From: Eledone cirrhosa
Lineage: Eukaryota
DNA: 64,000 bases
Assembly (NCBI GenBank): GCA_964016885.1
Contig: CAXHJY010000456.1
Location: forward strand, 89,122 to 153,121
Direction of reading: 5' to 3'
A model generated the notes under the pieces. It searched no databases and was not told the DNA's origin. It was given only the letters and a program-made list of their open reading frames with translations. Made by a program: the position numbers and the translations under genes. This document shows, one piece after another, positions 36,481-48,625 of the stretch (position 1 is the first letter of the stretch; every line of letters begins with the position of its first letter).

Positions 36481-36640
36481 GGACCCCAGTCCTATCATCT
36501 CATTTCTACAGCTGAGTAAACTGGAGCAACGTGAAATAAAGTGTCTTGCTCAAGGAAACAACACATCACCCGGTCTGAGAATTGAACTCACAACCTTTCG
36601 ATTGCAAGCCCATTCTCTAACCACTAAGCCATGCGCCTTC
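36481..36640 (-). mobile_element. tRNA-derived SINE head + CORE-like domain
   Basis: The reverse complement has an A box (TGGCTTAGTGG), a B box (GAGTTCAATTC) and CCTTGAGCAAGACACTT...CTCAGCTGTAGAAATGAG. It is near-identical to the + copy at 48198-48359. Confidence 0.8.
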
Positions 36641-36809
36641 ACGTGAAGGCGCATGGCTTAGATGATGATATGGCACATGCTCTATACAAACCTTGTCAAG
36701 TACTGAAATACAAAACCCCAATTACCTGGTACAGGTACACCTAGGCTTACGTCATGTTGAGTTTCATCCTTTTCGAAGCAACAGTGGTTTTCCTTAATAT
36801 TATATGGCA

Positions 36810-37016
36810 AAAATAAGGGCGGTAGAGCAGCAGACACCCTGCTTTGTGGCAGACAGACACGTCTCTTTATGTTCTGAGTCCAAATCACGCCAAGGTGAGC
36901 TTTGCCTTTCATCCATATGAGATTGATAAAATAATGCACCAGTAATGTACTGGAGTCGATTTAATTGACTTTCCCCTCTCCCCAAATTGCTGGCCTTGTG
37001 CCTAAATCAGAAACCA
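36810..37016 (+). mobile_element. SINE with Meta-like central domain (degenerate)
   Basis: gagtccaaatcacgccaaggtgagctttgcctttcatcc...gataaaataatgcaccagtaatgtactgg...gctggccttgtgcctaaa; same family as 56395-56562. Confidence 0.65.
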
Positions 37017-37572
37017 TTATATGGCAAAAATAAACTTCTGTCAGTTGACTCAACTTTACATCAGTCAGCCAAAATATTAAACTATAAAAAAAAACTAAAA
37101 ACATAAAACCACATTTAAATAAACACAATATACAGCATAAAGTAATGTAGGGAATGCCTATTAGTGGTTTATAGGGGGCAGTTAATTTGACAGTTGTTGT
37201 TTTTCAACTTAAGTCTTGATTTCTGGAACCAATTAACAACATAGAGTCAAGTACACCTGTACATATGAAATACTACCCCACAAAACAACACATAAAAAAT
37301 GGAGCTGCTCATCTGGCAGGACCAAAGAAATTGTATTCTCATTGGTCTGGTGTTTGTATTGGTTATACTAACTGTTGGTTGCTATTCCTTACAGAAGTAT
37401 CACCACTTTTCTAGTGATAAGAGGTGGAACTTCAACTCAGAATGTACAGAGCTAGAATAAATACTGCAAAACCTCTCATCTGATACTTTAACAAGTCTGT
37501 CAACCCACTGACCATTGACTGGTACTTTAATTATTGACATCAAAAGAACAAAAGGTGATGTTGAATTTGTTT

Positions 37573-37730
37573 GGGTTTGATTTGAGAGGGCAGAGAAGTG
37601 GAAAAGATCCCAAGGCTGAATTTATGGGGGTTTGAGTTTAGAGGACAGAGAAGTGGAAAAAATCCCAAGGCTGAATTTATGGGGGTTTGAGTTTAGAGGG
37701 CAGAGAGGTGGAAACAAATAAAATTCCCAA
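37573..37730. repeat. ~55-bp tandem repeat, ~2.7 copies
   Basis: The unit gggtttgagtttagaggRcagagaagtggaaaaatcccaaggctgaatttatgg recurs at ~37573, ~37628 and ~37683. Confidence 0.8.
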
Positions 37731-38470
37731 GGTGTTTAATCCGATGCTCTAACAACTTTACCAGTTTGCTATTATTTAACACAACACACACTCAGCACAA
37801 TTAGTATCTGGCACTGAAACATATAAGAGCAATTAAAGAGTACTTAGAAAGCACAATTACCACCCAATAAAATAACACTCAGTAATCAATGATGCCAAAT
37901 TTATGGAGAGAAGACAGCAAAGATGTTTCACTTAGTTGCTGTAAAATAAAATTTCAGATAAATTAAGACTGACATCATTATAAAATATACTTGCAGAAGT
38001 ACCCGGCCATACCTAGGTTTCATTTGTATCTAAAGTTGATACAACTGCATGAATTCACTATCCTCATCCTCCACCACACCACCACCACCATCATCATCAG
38101 TAGTAGTAGCCTGTTATGTTTGTTTTCTGTGCTGGCATTGTTATGACAAGTTATCACAGTTCAAGACTTGACAGGTTGGAAAACCTCATCTTGCTCATTA
38201 CATTCCATATTTGGCATGGTTTCTATAGCTGGAGTTTCTATATAATGCCAACTGCTTTACAGAGTGTACTGGGTGCATTTCTCATGGCACTAGCACTTAC
38301 ACTTTACAGAGTATACCAAATGTAATTAATTGTGGCACCAATATTAGAGAGGTTGTCATGTACTTGGCAATACTGAAGAGTTCACTCCATCTTATGTTGT
38401 CTCCATTTGATCGCTAGCAACTTTATCAAGTGTATTGAGTGCATTTTATCCTGGTACCAACACTATAGAT

Positions 38471-38603
38471 CAGTCATGGGCAAACTGTGGCCTGTTTTGC
38501 TTTCTGAATGGTATGCATCATTTCAAATTTTAGTAGTGCAGCCAGCCATAAGATGAAACACATCCTATGTGGCCCACTGCTTGAAAAAGGTTGCACATGC
38601 CTG
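38471..38603. mobile_element. hAT (Charlie-like) MITE
   Basis: Imperfect TIRs CAGTCATGGGCAAACT / AGGTTGCACATGCCTG. The flanking 8-mers ctatagat and ctgtagag match 6/8, consistent with an 8-bp TSD. Confidence 0.65.
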
Positions 38604-38654
38604 CTGTAGAGGTTGCCTTGTCCACAACAAGCCTAAAGTTATCTTCCTTCAACT

Positions 38655-38834
38655 TATGAGGGTAGGCTGACTATGAAGGAGTGATGCTAGAGCTGTGAAA
38701 TCTTGCATACATTAATTTCAACTTTTCTTATTAATAACTGCATTGTGTAATGGTGACGATGATGAAAAATAAACCTCATTTGGTCATTCCATGAGAGTAT
38801 CTTGGTCAGCCTATGAACTTTTAAGCTAACCTTC
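38655..38834. mobile_element. Tc1/mariner-like MITE (degenerate)
   Basis: Starts TA-TGAGGGTAGGCTGA and ends ...AGCCTATGAACTTTTAAGCTAACCTTC, resembling mariner-type TIRs. Confidence 0.45.
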
Positions 38835-39076
38835 AGGGACTCTATTCTTTCAAGACAAACATGACTGAGATTGTGAATAGAAGGGTGAGGTGTGTTAGGG
38901 TGCTGGAAAGTAAAAAATTAATTCTAGCAAGATTTGAACTAAAAACTATACTACAGCAGACCTGGTCTAAAGTCTCTGGAGGCTCATCAGGCCAGTGTTT
39001 ATCTCAGTTTATGTAGCATTAAGTGACTGAGAGTACACTACTCCCTGCTGGACATGCCACCAGTTCACCACAGTGT

Positions 39077-39343
39077 TAAAGTCTGTCTCCAGGTTGGAGG
39101 ATCATGAGGCTGGTGCTTATTGCAGTTTCCATGGCTTTAAGCAGCTGAGAGTACAAGACACCTCCGTGAACACAACACCAGTCCATTGCAGGGTAAATTC
39201 CCATCTACTGCTGGTACTCAGTTTCAGCTGAGTATACTGGAACAATGTGAAATGAACACAACACACAACCCAGTCCAGGAATTGAACCCATGGCATTATG
39301 ATCATAAGTTTAACACACTTACCACTAGGCCATGTGTTTTCAC
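39077..39343 (-). mobile_element. tRNA-derived SINE (same family as 41314-41594)
   Basis: Collinear with 41314-41594: taaagtctg...gagtacaagac...ccagtccattgcagggtaa...gctggtactca..cagctgagtatac...accactag. A partial second copy lies at ~38967-39070. Confidence 0.7.
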
Positions 39344-39729
39344 ATTATTTCTGGTAGTCAACCAATTTTGTCATTCACTGTAATCATCAAGATTTTGCCA
39401 ACATTTTAATCCCCCCCAAAATGACATATTGAACAACCCTAAAATATTTCTAATACAGACTTTTACAATATAACCTGATGTTAGATTTTGTCTGTGGCTT
39501 GCCAAAATATGCTGCTGTTACTGGAATCCTTCCAACAGCAACAATAAAAGAGAGAAACAGCAAAGGAGTCTCATTAATTCTTCACAGCTGTCCATTACTA
39601 GGACACATGAGACTCACTGAGATGGCACTAACCTAAAATTTCTGTCTTGTGTGTTTTTCATATGCTTGCATAACTTTAAACTTCTGAGTGTATGTCGATA
39701 CAATACAAACATATGCATGTGTGCATGCA

Positions 39730-39757
39730 GACACACACACAACACACACATACACAT

Positions 39758-39803
<46 letters not shown>

Positions 39804-39972
39804 AGTGTGAGAGGGGGTATGTATGTGTGTGTGAATATATATATATATATATATATTTTATGGGAGGGGACATGTGTGTCAATGTGTGTATCATGATATA
39901 TATCATCATCATCATCATCATCATCATCATTTTTACATCTGCTTTTTTTATGGGTTGGACGAGTCTATATAT

Positions 39973-40012
<40 letters not shown>
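39730..40012. repeat. Microsatellite cluster (CA)n/(TA)n/(TG)n/(CAT)n
   Basis: Read directly from the sequence; the ORFs here are translations of simple repeats. Confidence 0.9.
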
Positions 40013-40013
<1 letters not shown>

Positions 40014-40448
40014 AACAAACATCATATGTGAAGTTTGAACTTCTGAAGGGCTGAGAGAATATAAAGTTCATAGCAAATGTATGTTCAGAGAAAGAAAAAT
40101 AACTATAAGTACTGTTGGTTGCTATAAATAGCTTATAAAATCAGTTAAATACCTTTTCTAAATTTACTAAATTCATAAATTATTTCATTAATACTATGGT
40201 ATTTGTAAAACAGCTAAACAAAAGATTTCTATATGAAACTATATTCAAAGATATAATTTAAATCAAACATAAAAAAAAATGGGTATGGTTATTTCATAAA
40301 ACCAAAAGCTGTTTACAATTAATTGGTGCCAAAAAGGGTTAGGATACTAGATGAATTCATCAGATCTCTGTTATTGAAGAATGGTTGACCATTGAACAAT
40401 AGAAGAAAGAAGGTGGTACCAGTTCAATCATCCATTCTAGACTAGAAG

Positions 40449-40670
40449 TACTCCGTTGGTTACGACCATGAGTTTTCCAGTTGATCCAATCAATGGAACA
40501 ACCTACTCATGAAATTAATATGCAAGTGGCTGAGAATTCCACAGACACACGTACCCTTGACGTAGTTCTCAGGGAGATTCAGCATGATACAGAATATGAT
40601 AAGGCTGGCCCTTCGAACTACAGGTACAACTCATTTTTGCCAGCTGAGTGGACTGGAGCAACGTGAAATA
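40449..40670 (-). mobile_element. 5'-truncated SINE body
   Basis: The right end ctcatttttgccagctgagtggactggagcaacgtgaaataa matches the CORE-like segment of the other SINEs. The body tactccgttggttacgac...gtggctgagaattccacagacac resembles an abundant octopus SINE, recalled rather than aligned. Confidence 0.6.
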
Positions 40671-41313
40671 ACAATTGTAAGTTAAATACTCTAACCACAA
40701 AGCCACATTGGTATCAAAGAGGGTTAGAATACCAGAGTGAATTTATCAGATCTCTTGGGCATAGATTAGTATGTATTTTATTTACTACCTCTGATTGGTC
40801 AATACAGAACACAATTCAATCTGATTGGTGAGAAGTAGTTGAAATAACTAGTGCTTCTTTTGTCCTTTTATGTTCTAAAGTATACATGACCTGATGATTA
40901 AAGTGCTGATACACAACATATTCAGCTTTATCTGGGTAAGATGAACTGATTTTAGTGTTTTTTTCAACCATAAATGATTTCCTTTCAAATACATTTATTT
41001 TCTCTTGTTCTGGAAGATTGCTTCTGGAAGATTGCTACTGTCCTCATTACTTGTTATACAAATCATATCTTCAAAATAATCTCTTCTTGTTGTAACTATA
41101 TATAAGTGTATATGTGTGAGTGTATATATCATCATTATCATCATGACTATGACTTTCTCATACAGGACAAGTTTTGGCATGGTTTCACTGGCTGGATGCC
41201 CTTCCTAATACTAACCACATTTACAGTGTGTGTTGGGTGTTTTTTGTTGTGACACCTACATGATCACTTTACAATGTGGCCTGGGCCTTTTTTGCATATA
41301 TATATGCAAAAAT

Positions 41314-41970
<657 letters not shown>

Positions 41971-42020
41971 GGTGTGGGGGTGTGTATATATATATATATA
42001 CATATATATCTATATCTCTA

Positions 42021-42080
<60 letters not shown>

Positions 42081-42083
<3 letters not shown>

Positions 42084-43336
42084 TCATCATCATCATCATC
42101 AACGTTTAACGTCCGTGTTCCACGCTTGCATGGGTTTGGACGGGGGTTTTCCCACTTGAGGCAAGAGTGATTGTCTTGCTCGCATAGGACTATCTGGCAG
42201 GTTTTCTACAGTTGGATGCCCTTCCTAACACCAACCACATTTACAGTGTGGGTCTGGGAGGTTTTTACCGTGTTGCCTACACGGCCACATTACAGCGTGG
42301 ACTGTGTGTTTTTTGTCGTGACACCTACACGATCTCATTTGTTTCGGCCTGGATGTTGTGGCACCAACATAACTTTACATTGAAAGGGGTGGTGTGGATG
42401 GGGTGGGGGTGGTGGGACGGGGGTGTATTTTGTTAGAGATGCCTACTGACTGTAGTAGGTTTTACTTTGTATTTAGGTAAGGCGGGTCTTCTCTATTACT
42501 GAGTACCGCCAAAGGTCTCGGTCCAGTGACATTGTCTTGGTGAGGTGTAAGTGTGTGAGGTCGGAGTTTATCAGCTCGTCCCAGGTTTTTCTGGGTCTGC
42601 CTATTCCGTGGCTACCGTCTATCTTTATTGCCCTGCACTTTGTTATACAGCTATCGTCCTTCATGCGCATCACGTGACCATACCAACATAGCCTTCTCTC
42701 GAGTAGACAACATCTGATCCCTCTTATTTCTAATTTTTTCCTTAGTTCGTTTATGCTTTGTCGTTCACGTATATTACTATTACACATCCAGTGGAGCATG
42801 CAAGCTTCGTTTCTCTCTAGTCTGCGTATATCTTCTGCACACAATGCCCAGGTCTCACTGCCATGCAACATTGCTGTTCGTATGCAGGCATCGTACAACC
42901 TGCCTTTCATTTTTAGGGAGAACCCTTTAGCGGCTAATAGTGGTATAAGCTCTCTGAACTTTTTCCAACCAGTTCTGACTCTAGCTACTGTACTTTCAGA
43001 GCACCCTCCCCCACTGCTGCTTTTGTCACCCAGGTAACGGAAGCTGTCCACTATTTCTATAGAACCCTCTGCGCAGCTGAAAGAGCTAGTATTTTGTGGG
43101 CACTTGCTGCTACTTATTGCACCAGAACACCGGCCACATGTAAAATCTATGTTCTTAGTTAGCTTACCTGTGATCCCACTACATCTTTTATGCACCCAAA
43201 CTTTGCATTTGGGACACAAAATGGAGTTTCTACCTACGCCTTTCCTACACTCTGCACATCGCCACTTCCCGGAGGGGACCGCCGCCTTATTTTCTTTCTT
43301 ACAAACTAGAACTTTAGTCTTAGCCAGGTTAATTTT
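42081..43336 (-). mobile_element. RTE-clade LINE, 5'-truncated copy (family A): PHD-like finger, RT C-terminus, 3' UTR, (TGA)n tail
   Basis: ORF 42473-43390 has KINLAKTKVL, a C4HC3 motif, FRYLG, LHGSETW, WYGHVMR and GRPRKTW. Near-identical in inverted orientation to 50488-51718; flanked by (TA)n. Confidence 0.93.
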
Positions 43337-43369
43337 ATATACATATATACATATATACATACATATATG

Positions 43370-44497
43370 TAATGGTGTACTTGCCCTCACTTAATGGTGT
43401 ACTTGCTCTGACTGATACTGATAAGAACATAGCTTGGAAGTGTCACTATGAGAGACTATTAAATGAGGAGAATAAACGGGAAAAAGATAGTCTGCCCCAA
43501 ATCGATCCAATAGAAGGACCAGCGGTGCAAGTTAAAGGTAGTATAATAAGTAAGGCAATCAAAGATATGAAGACAGGCAAGGCAACTGGGCCTTCAGAGA
43601 TAGTTGCTGAGATGTTGAAGGCATCTGGAATGGTGGAACATACTATGGGCACCCGTATAGTAAACCATGTAATACAGAATGGGGTCATACCAAAAGACTG
43701 GCATAGCAGCATCATCATTAACTGCTACAAGGGTAAAGGGGATGCTCTAGATAGGGGAAACTATAGAGGCATTAAGTTAGTTGACCAGGTCATGAAGGTC
43801 ACAGAAAGAGTTATAGCACAACTAATCAGAGAGCGAATTGATCTAGATGAAATGCAGTTTGGGTTTGTGTCAGGTAAAAGTACCACAGACGTTCTTTTCC
43901 TTGTACGACAACTACAGGAGAAGTACCTAGCTAAAGTAAACCCCTCTACTTAGCTTTTGTAGACCTGGAGAAAGCCCTTGACAGAGTCCCTTGCTCCATT
44001 ATCTGGTGGGCTCTTAGAAAACTAGGTGTAGATGAATGGCTTGTGAGAGCTATACAAACCATGCATAAAGAAACAGTCAGTAAGGTTAGAATTAACAATG
44101 AATATTGTGAAGAATTTAGTGTAAAAGTTGGTGTTCATCAAGGCTCTGTCCTTAGCCCTCTCCTACTTATTATTGCCCTCCAGGCTATAACAGAGGAGTT
44201 CAAGACCAGCTGCCCATGGGAACTCCTATACGCAGATGATCTAACTCTCATAGCTGAATCTATGGCTGAACTAGAGAAGAAATTCCAAACATGGAAGCAT
44301 GGCCTAGAATCAAAAGGCCTTAAAGTTAACTTGTCTAAGACTAAAGTTCTAGTTTGTAGAAAGGAAAATAGGGCACTGGTCCCCGCTGGGAAATGGCCAT
44401 GCTCAGTGTGTAGGAAAGGAGTAGGTAGACATTCCATTTTATGTCCCAATTGCAAAGTATGGGTACATAAAAGATCTAGTGGGGATCACAGGTAAAC
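43370..44497 (+). mobile_element. RTE-clade LINE internal RT fragment, frameshifted (family A-related subfamily)
   Basis: KGKGDALDRGNYRGIKL, QFGFVSGKST, a frameshift at ~43940 leading into LAFVDLEKA, GVHQGSVLSP and LLYADD. It breaks off inside the PHD-like motif before (TA)n. Confidence 0.92.
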
Positions 44498-44515
44498 TAC
44501 ATATATATATATATA

Positions 44516-45116
44516 TGTAGCTAAATCTGTCCACGTCTTGAACCTTGGGTGACACCTAAAAGTCAAACTCTAGGTCACCACCCTTTTGGTGAGAACAGGT
44601 TCATGCGTGGGCTATCCCCTCAAGGTGGGAGACAGAAAATGACAAGTATATAAAGCCTATATTTTCCCACCTTAGATACAGAGAGATCGGAGCACCACGA
44701 TACAGACCATCTATGTGAAAGATTCACCGCTACCTTCAGGCCCCAGAGGTCTACAGACATACAGAGCGATAGGAGCAGTACGCTATTACAAGCTATGTGA
44801 AAGATTCACCACTATCTACAGGCCACAGTGGTCTACAGTCAATTACAGACCATTACTCTCTCTCTCTCTCTCTCTTGGTCGCAGACTACACCAGCCTCAT
44901 GAACCAACAACAAAATAACGTTGTCAACCTTCGCAACTAATGGTAATAAGTTTATTGTTCTTTTTGACTCAAGTGAAGTAAACCTTTATATATAAACTAA
45001 ATCGGCCATTCTTGTTATTTCAACAACAACCATGTTATAACATCTAACAACTCTGTTATAATCATTCATCTAACAACTAAAATCAGCCTTCGTTAAATCG
45101 GTGAACCCGACGTAAT
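44516..45116 (+). mobile_element. Putative Ty3/Gypsy-type LTR (~580 bp) followed by a tRNA-Trp-like primer-binding site; no internal genes
   Basis: Starts TGTAGC after (TA)n, has TATATAAA at ~44647 and an internal direct repeat (44711/44793), and ends GTTAAA at 45097. It is followed by CGGTGAACCCGACGTAAT, a 15/18 match to the tRNA-Trp PBS TGGTGACCCCGACGTGAT. Confidence 0.55.
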
Positions 45117-45129
45117 AATAAAAAAAAAT

Positions 45130-47416
45130 ACGAAGTAGTATTTAAAAAAAAAAAAAGGAAACAACACGCAACCTTTTTTCTACAAATATGATAAAACTTC
45201 ACTTTTTCAGCTATTACGTTTCAATAACCCCGGAACTGCTCAACAAAGCATTAATCCTAGCCAGCACCAACTCTGACATAACCAATAATGAGATTGACAT
45301 CATACTTATGGCTAGGCAGACCATCATTGAATTCAACGGAGCACTCTGGACTAGAAAAGACAGAACAGACAACTTTGACATCACGTTGGGCTCAAGTGAC
45401 TCTGCGCAAATCACCGATTTAGTTGGAATTTACCTATTACATAACACCAGAGCCGAAATCCAACCCTTGCAAGGCGGAATATACAGGGACGACGCCCTAT
45501 TTGCAGTCCACAATTGCACTAATCGAGGCATTGACTTGCTCAAAAACAAAAATAACGGTCTCTCTATCACCATCGAGCCGAACCATAAAGTAGTAAACTT
45601 CCTAGACGTCACCCTGAATCTTAACAATAACCTATATTACCCTTACCATAAACCAGGTGAAATACTTACATATATTAGCCCACACTCTAACCACCCACCG
45701 GCAGTCATCAGAGCAATAATCAAATCTATCTCGTATAGGATCTCCATGCTATCAGCAAACGAGGAGATATTTATAAACCATGCAGCATATTATAATAAGG
45801 CTCTTTCTGAATCTGGTTATGAACAGTCCATTTACTACATACCTAAATGCCATAACACAGCAATTCACCACAACCATAATAAACTTAACACTAGAACTAG
45901 AAATACCTTAGCATATAGCCAGATTCGGCGGAATTTTAGCAGTAACAGCACTTATACAGGGAACCTTAATGGTGGCAGTGGCCTGCTTCCCACTCCAAGT
46001 AGCAAACTAAAAATCAACCCTAGAATAAGAATGAGCAATGGGATGACAAATAACAAATGCCCAGGTAATAATAACCCTATGAAGGCCCCTACCAACCCCA
46101 CTAGAACCCCTAGAAGGAATAGGCCTAGAAATATCACCTGGCTTAAACCCCCCATTCTCATCCAATCTAGCCACTAATATGCCTAAACGCTTCTTCTCTA
46201 TCCTATCTAAACATTTCCCCTCAAACCATAGATATTACAAACTCTTTAATAAAAATAACATTAAAATCTCATTCTCCACAACACCTAACTTAGCTAGCCA
46301 CATCGCATTCAGTAACCATCATAAACTAAGACAGTATAACTTCCACACCGCGGTACCACCACCCCCATCAAATACACCACGTCACTACACCAATACCTAC
46401 TCTAGTAGCACACCTCCCCCATCTAATCCTTCTAGCACTGACCAACCGCTTAGGTTAAACAACCCTACTCTCACTAACTGCAGAAGTAACTGCAACTGCC
46501 GTTACCCTAATGCATGCCTACTAAATGGACACTGCCTGACACCCATGATAGTCTATAAGTGCACGGTTAAAACTGCTTCGCATACCAGCTCCTATATCGG
46601 GTCTACCTCTAAATCTTTTAAGGTACGCTATAACGCGCACTCTTTTTCCTTCCGAGACCCTAAAAACAGATATTCGACATCTCTAGCTAGGTTCATTAAA
46701 AAACTTAAATTAACCAACATTGAACACTCACTAACATGGGATATCGTAGCTAGGGCCCAACCGTTCAATGGACGAAGAAAATCTTGTGACCTCTGTCTTA
46801 CCGAAGCAGATTACATAACTCTATCACGACCTCTACCGATTAACAATAGAACGGAGGTAACTATTAGCTGTCAACATCGAAGGGCTAATTCCTTCGCCAA
46901 CAGAATATTTGACCCAACATAGTCATCTAGCCCCATTTTTACTTGTAGCTAATAAGTTAAATAGGTAACTTAGATATTATAAGTTATCTCTCTTACATTG
47001 TATCTCAATTAAAAAATTAAAAAATTAGCACTTAACTATAAACTACCCACAATTTCTAATCTCTCGAGGAGTTACTTCCCATGAAACCACCCTCTAATTA
47101 GTAAGGTAAATATGTCCATTGGCGGCCATCTTGTTACCCATAGGCAGATCTCACACAATGCAGCCTCGACAGAAGAATACTGCTCGACCATGGCAGACAA
47201 TTGATATACCCAGGACACCATAGTGAAATACCAATATATGGAACATTACATTTATGTAACATTCTTTCTTTATTTTAATTTATATTCCTTTGAAGTTCTG
47301 ATGAGCTGCTCTATCTTTACCTATGTTAATTATTTTCAACTGAACCAGATCAATAATGATATATAATCATTTGATCCAGAAATATTATATGGAGTAGCGA
47401 AACAATTGTAAACGGA
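45130..47416 (+). mobile_element. Penelope-like retroelement (RT + C-terminal GIY-YIG endonuclease), 5'-truncated, Naiad-like
   Basis: ORF 45188-46177 has FDITLGS, GIYRDD, VNFLDVTL, YHKP and SNHPP. A frameshift in the C-run at ~46148 links it to ORF 46179-46922, which has CNCRYPNAC (CxCx5C), VYKCTV..SYIGST..RYNAH, CDLCLTE and a terminal CQH. A hammerhead lies at the 3' end. Confidence 0.9.
47286..47416 (+). ncRNA. Type I hammerhead ribozyme in the PLE 3' region
   Basis: CTGATGA (47298-47304); stem II GCTGCTCTAT/ATGGAGTAGC; GAAAC (47399-47403); palindromic stem III ACAATTGT; cleavage triplet GTA (47408-47410); stem I GTT/AAC, plus a possible TCC/GGA extension. Confidence 0.8.
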
Positions 47417-47720
47417 CATTATTATTATTAATATTATTATTATTATTCTCTACATTCCTTATATCAAACTAAAATATGTTGACAATCTTTTAATAATGTC
47501 TTCCTTGTGAAATTTGTGGTCTTGTTTTGCTTAACTAATGAATATCTCCAGCTCTGTGCACCTAACCTCTGCATGAACCCAGCAACCTAGCTGCTTTCCA
47601 CTGCATATTGCACATTCAGCACATGCCTTTACGCTTTGGCTTCTAACTAATTCACCAATCTCTCCTCTCCTATCTCCTCTCCTATCTCCATCTCTCTCTT
47701 TAAGATTGGTTACTCTTGAA

Positions 47721-47946
<226 letters not shown>

Positions 47947-48170
47947 ATTGTTATACTTTGGGAGGGTCATGTTGCCAATAAGAAACACACGCACCAGTTG
48001 CTTTCACTTCAATTTATTATAATAAATTTATAAATTTAGGAATTTATAAATTTCCGGTTGGTTGGTTGGTTCCACAACCAGATGATTGTTTATATATTGT
48101 CAAAGTTCTTCTGTCACACATTCTGTGACCTCTTCAGTGACTGGGGATTCTTTTCTTTGTTTTTGTGCCT
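47947..48170 (-). mobile_element. Small PLE-terminus-like relic with a degenerate hammerhead-like motif
   Basis: Reverse complement of 48099-48141: GTCA-CTGAAGA-G-GTCACA-gaatg-TGTGAC-A-GAAG-AACTT-TGAC. Bounded by (TA)n on both sides. Confidence 0.45.
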
Positions 48171-48197
48171 TATATATATATATATATTTTTTTTTAT

Positions 48198-48515
48198 GGA
48201 GGCACATGGCTTAGTGGTTAGAGCATTGGCCTTGCAATCGAAAGGTTGTGAGTTCAATTCTCAGACTGGGTGATGTGTTGTTTCCTTGAGCAAGACACTT
48301 TATTTCACATTGCTCCAGTTTACTCAGCTGTAGAAATGAGATGATAGGGAATGGGGTCCATATCATTCCACCGCAAAGTGGTTGTGGAGGGGCCACGGCA
48401 AAAAAGCACCCAGCACTCACTGTAAATGAGGTTGGTGTTAGGAAGGGCATCCAGCTGTAGAAATCAAGCCAGCATCAGTTCCCGCCCCACAGGACGTAAA
48501 ATGAAATGATGATGA
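48198..48515 (+). mobile_element. Composite SINE: tRNA head + CORE-like domain + RTE-derived 3' tail
   Basis: A/B boxes and the CORE-like segment, followed by cactgtaaatgaggttggtgttaggaagggcatccagctgtagaaa...ggacgtaaa..(TGA)n as in the RTE 3' UTR at 51550-51718. Confidence 0.8.
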
Positions 48516-48625
48516 ATGATGATATATTTATTAAAATAACAGATTAAAGTTTAAGCAAAGAATCGCTGCTTTCACCCTTAACAGATTTTAGTCTTCAAAT
48601 TTATTATCATTACTATATATATATA

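Noticed and set aside
37988-38022. Helitron 3' terminus (hairpin + CTRR) on the minus strand
   Set aside because: Only a degenerate resemblance (acttgcagaagtacccggc..); the hairpin and CTAG are both imperfect.
40995-41180. Possible host exon (..RRDYFEDMICITSNEDSS..)
   Set aside because: No recognisable domain or partner exons, and the 5' part lies in repeat sequence.
42081-44497. Twin-priming 5' inversion of a single RTE insertion
   Set aside because: The geometry fits, but the overlapping ~175 bp differ at many residues (NLSK..RALVPAGKWPCSV vs NLAK..KAAVPSGKWRCAE) and a TA tract separates the pieces. Two independent insertions are more likely.
46922-47290. SECIS element or selenoprotein recoding in the Naiad-like PLE
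   Set aside because: No in-frame TGA in the surviving ORFs, and no convincing AUGA/GA kink-turn seen by eye.
48198-48270. Functional tRNA gene (also 36570-36640 and 41525-41594)
   Set aside because: A/B boxes are present, but the acceptor and anticodon stems pair poorly and the sequence runs directly into SINE bodies.
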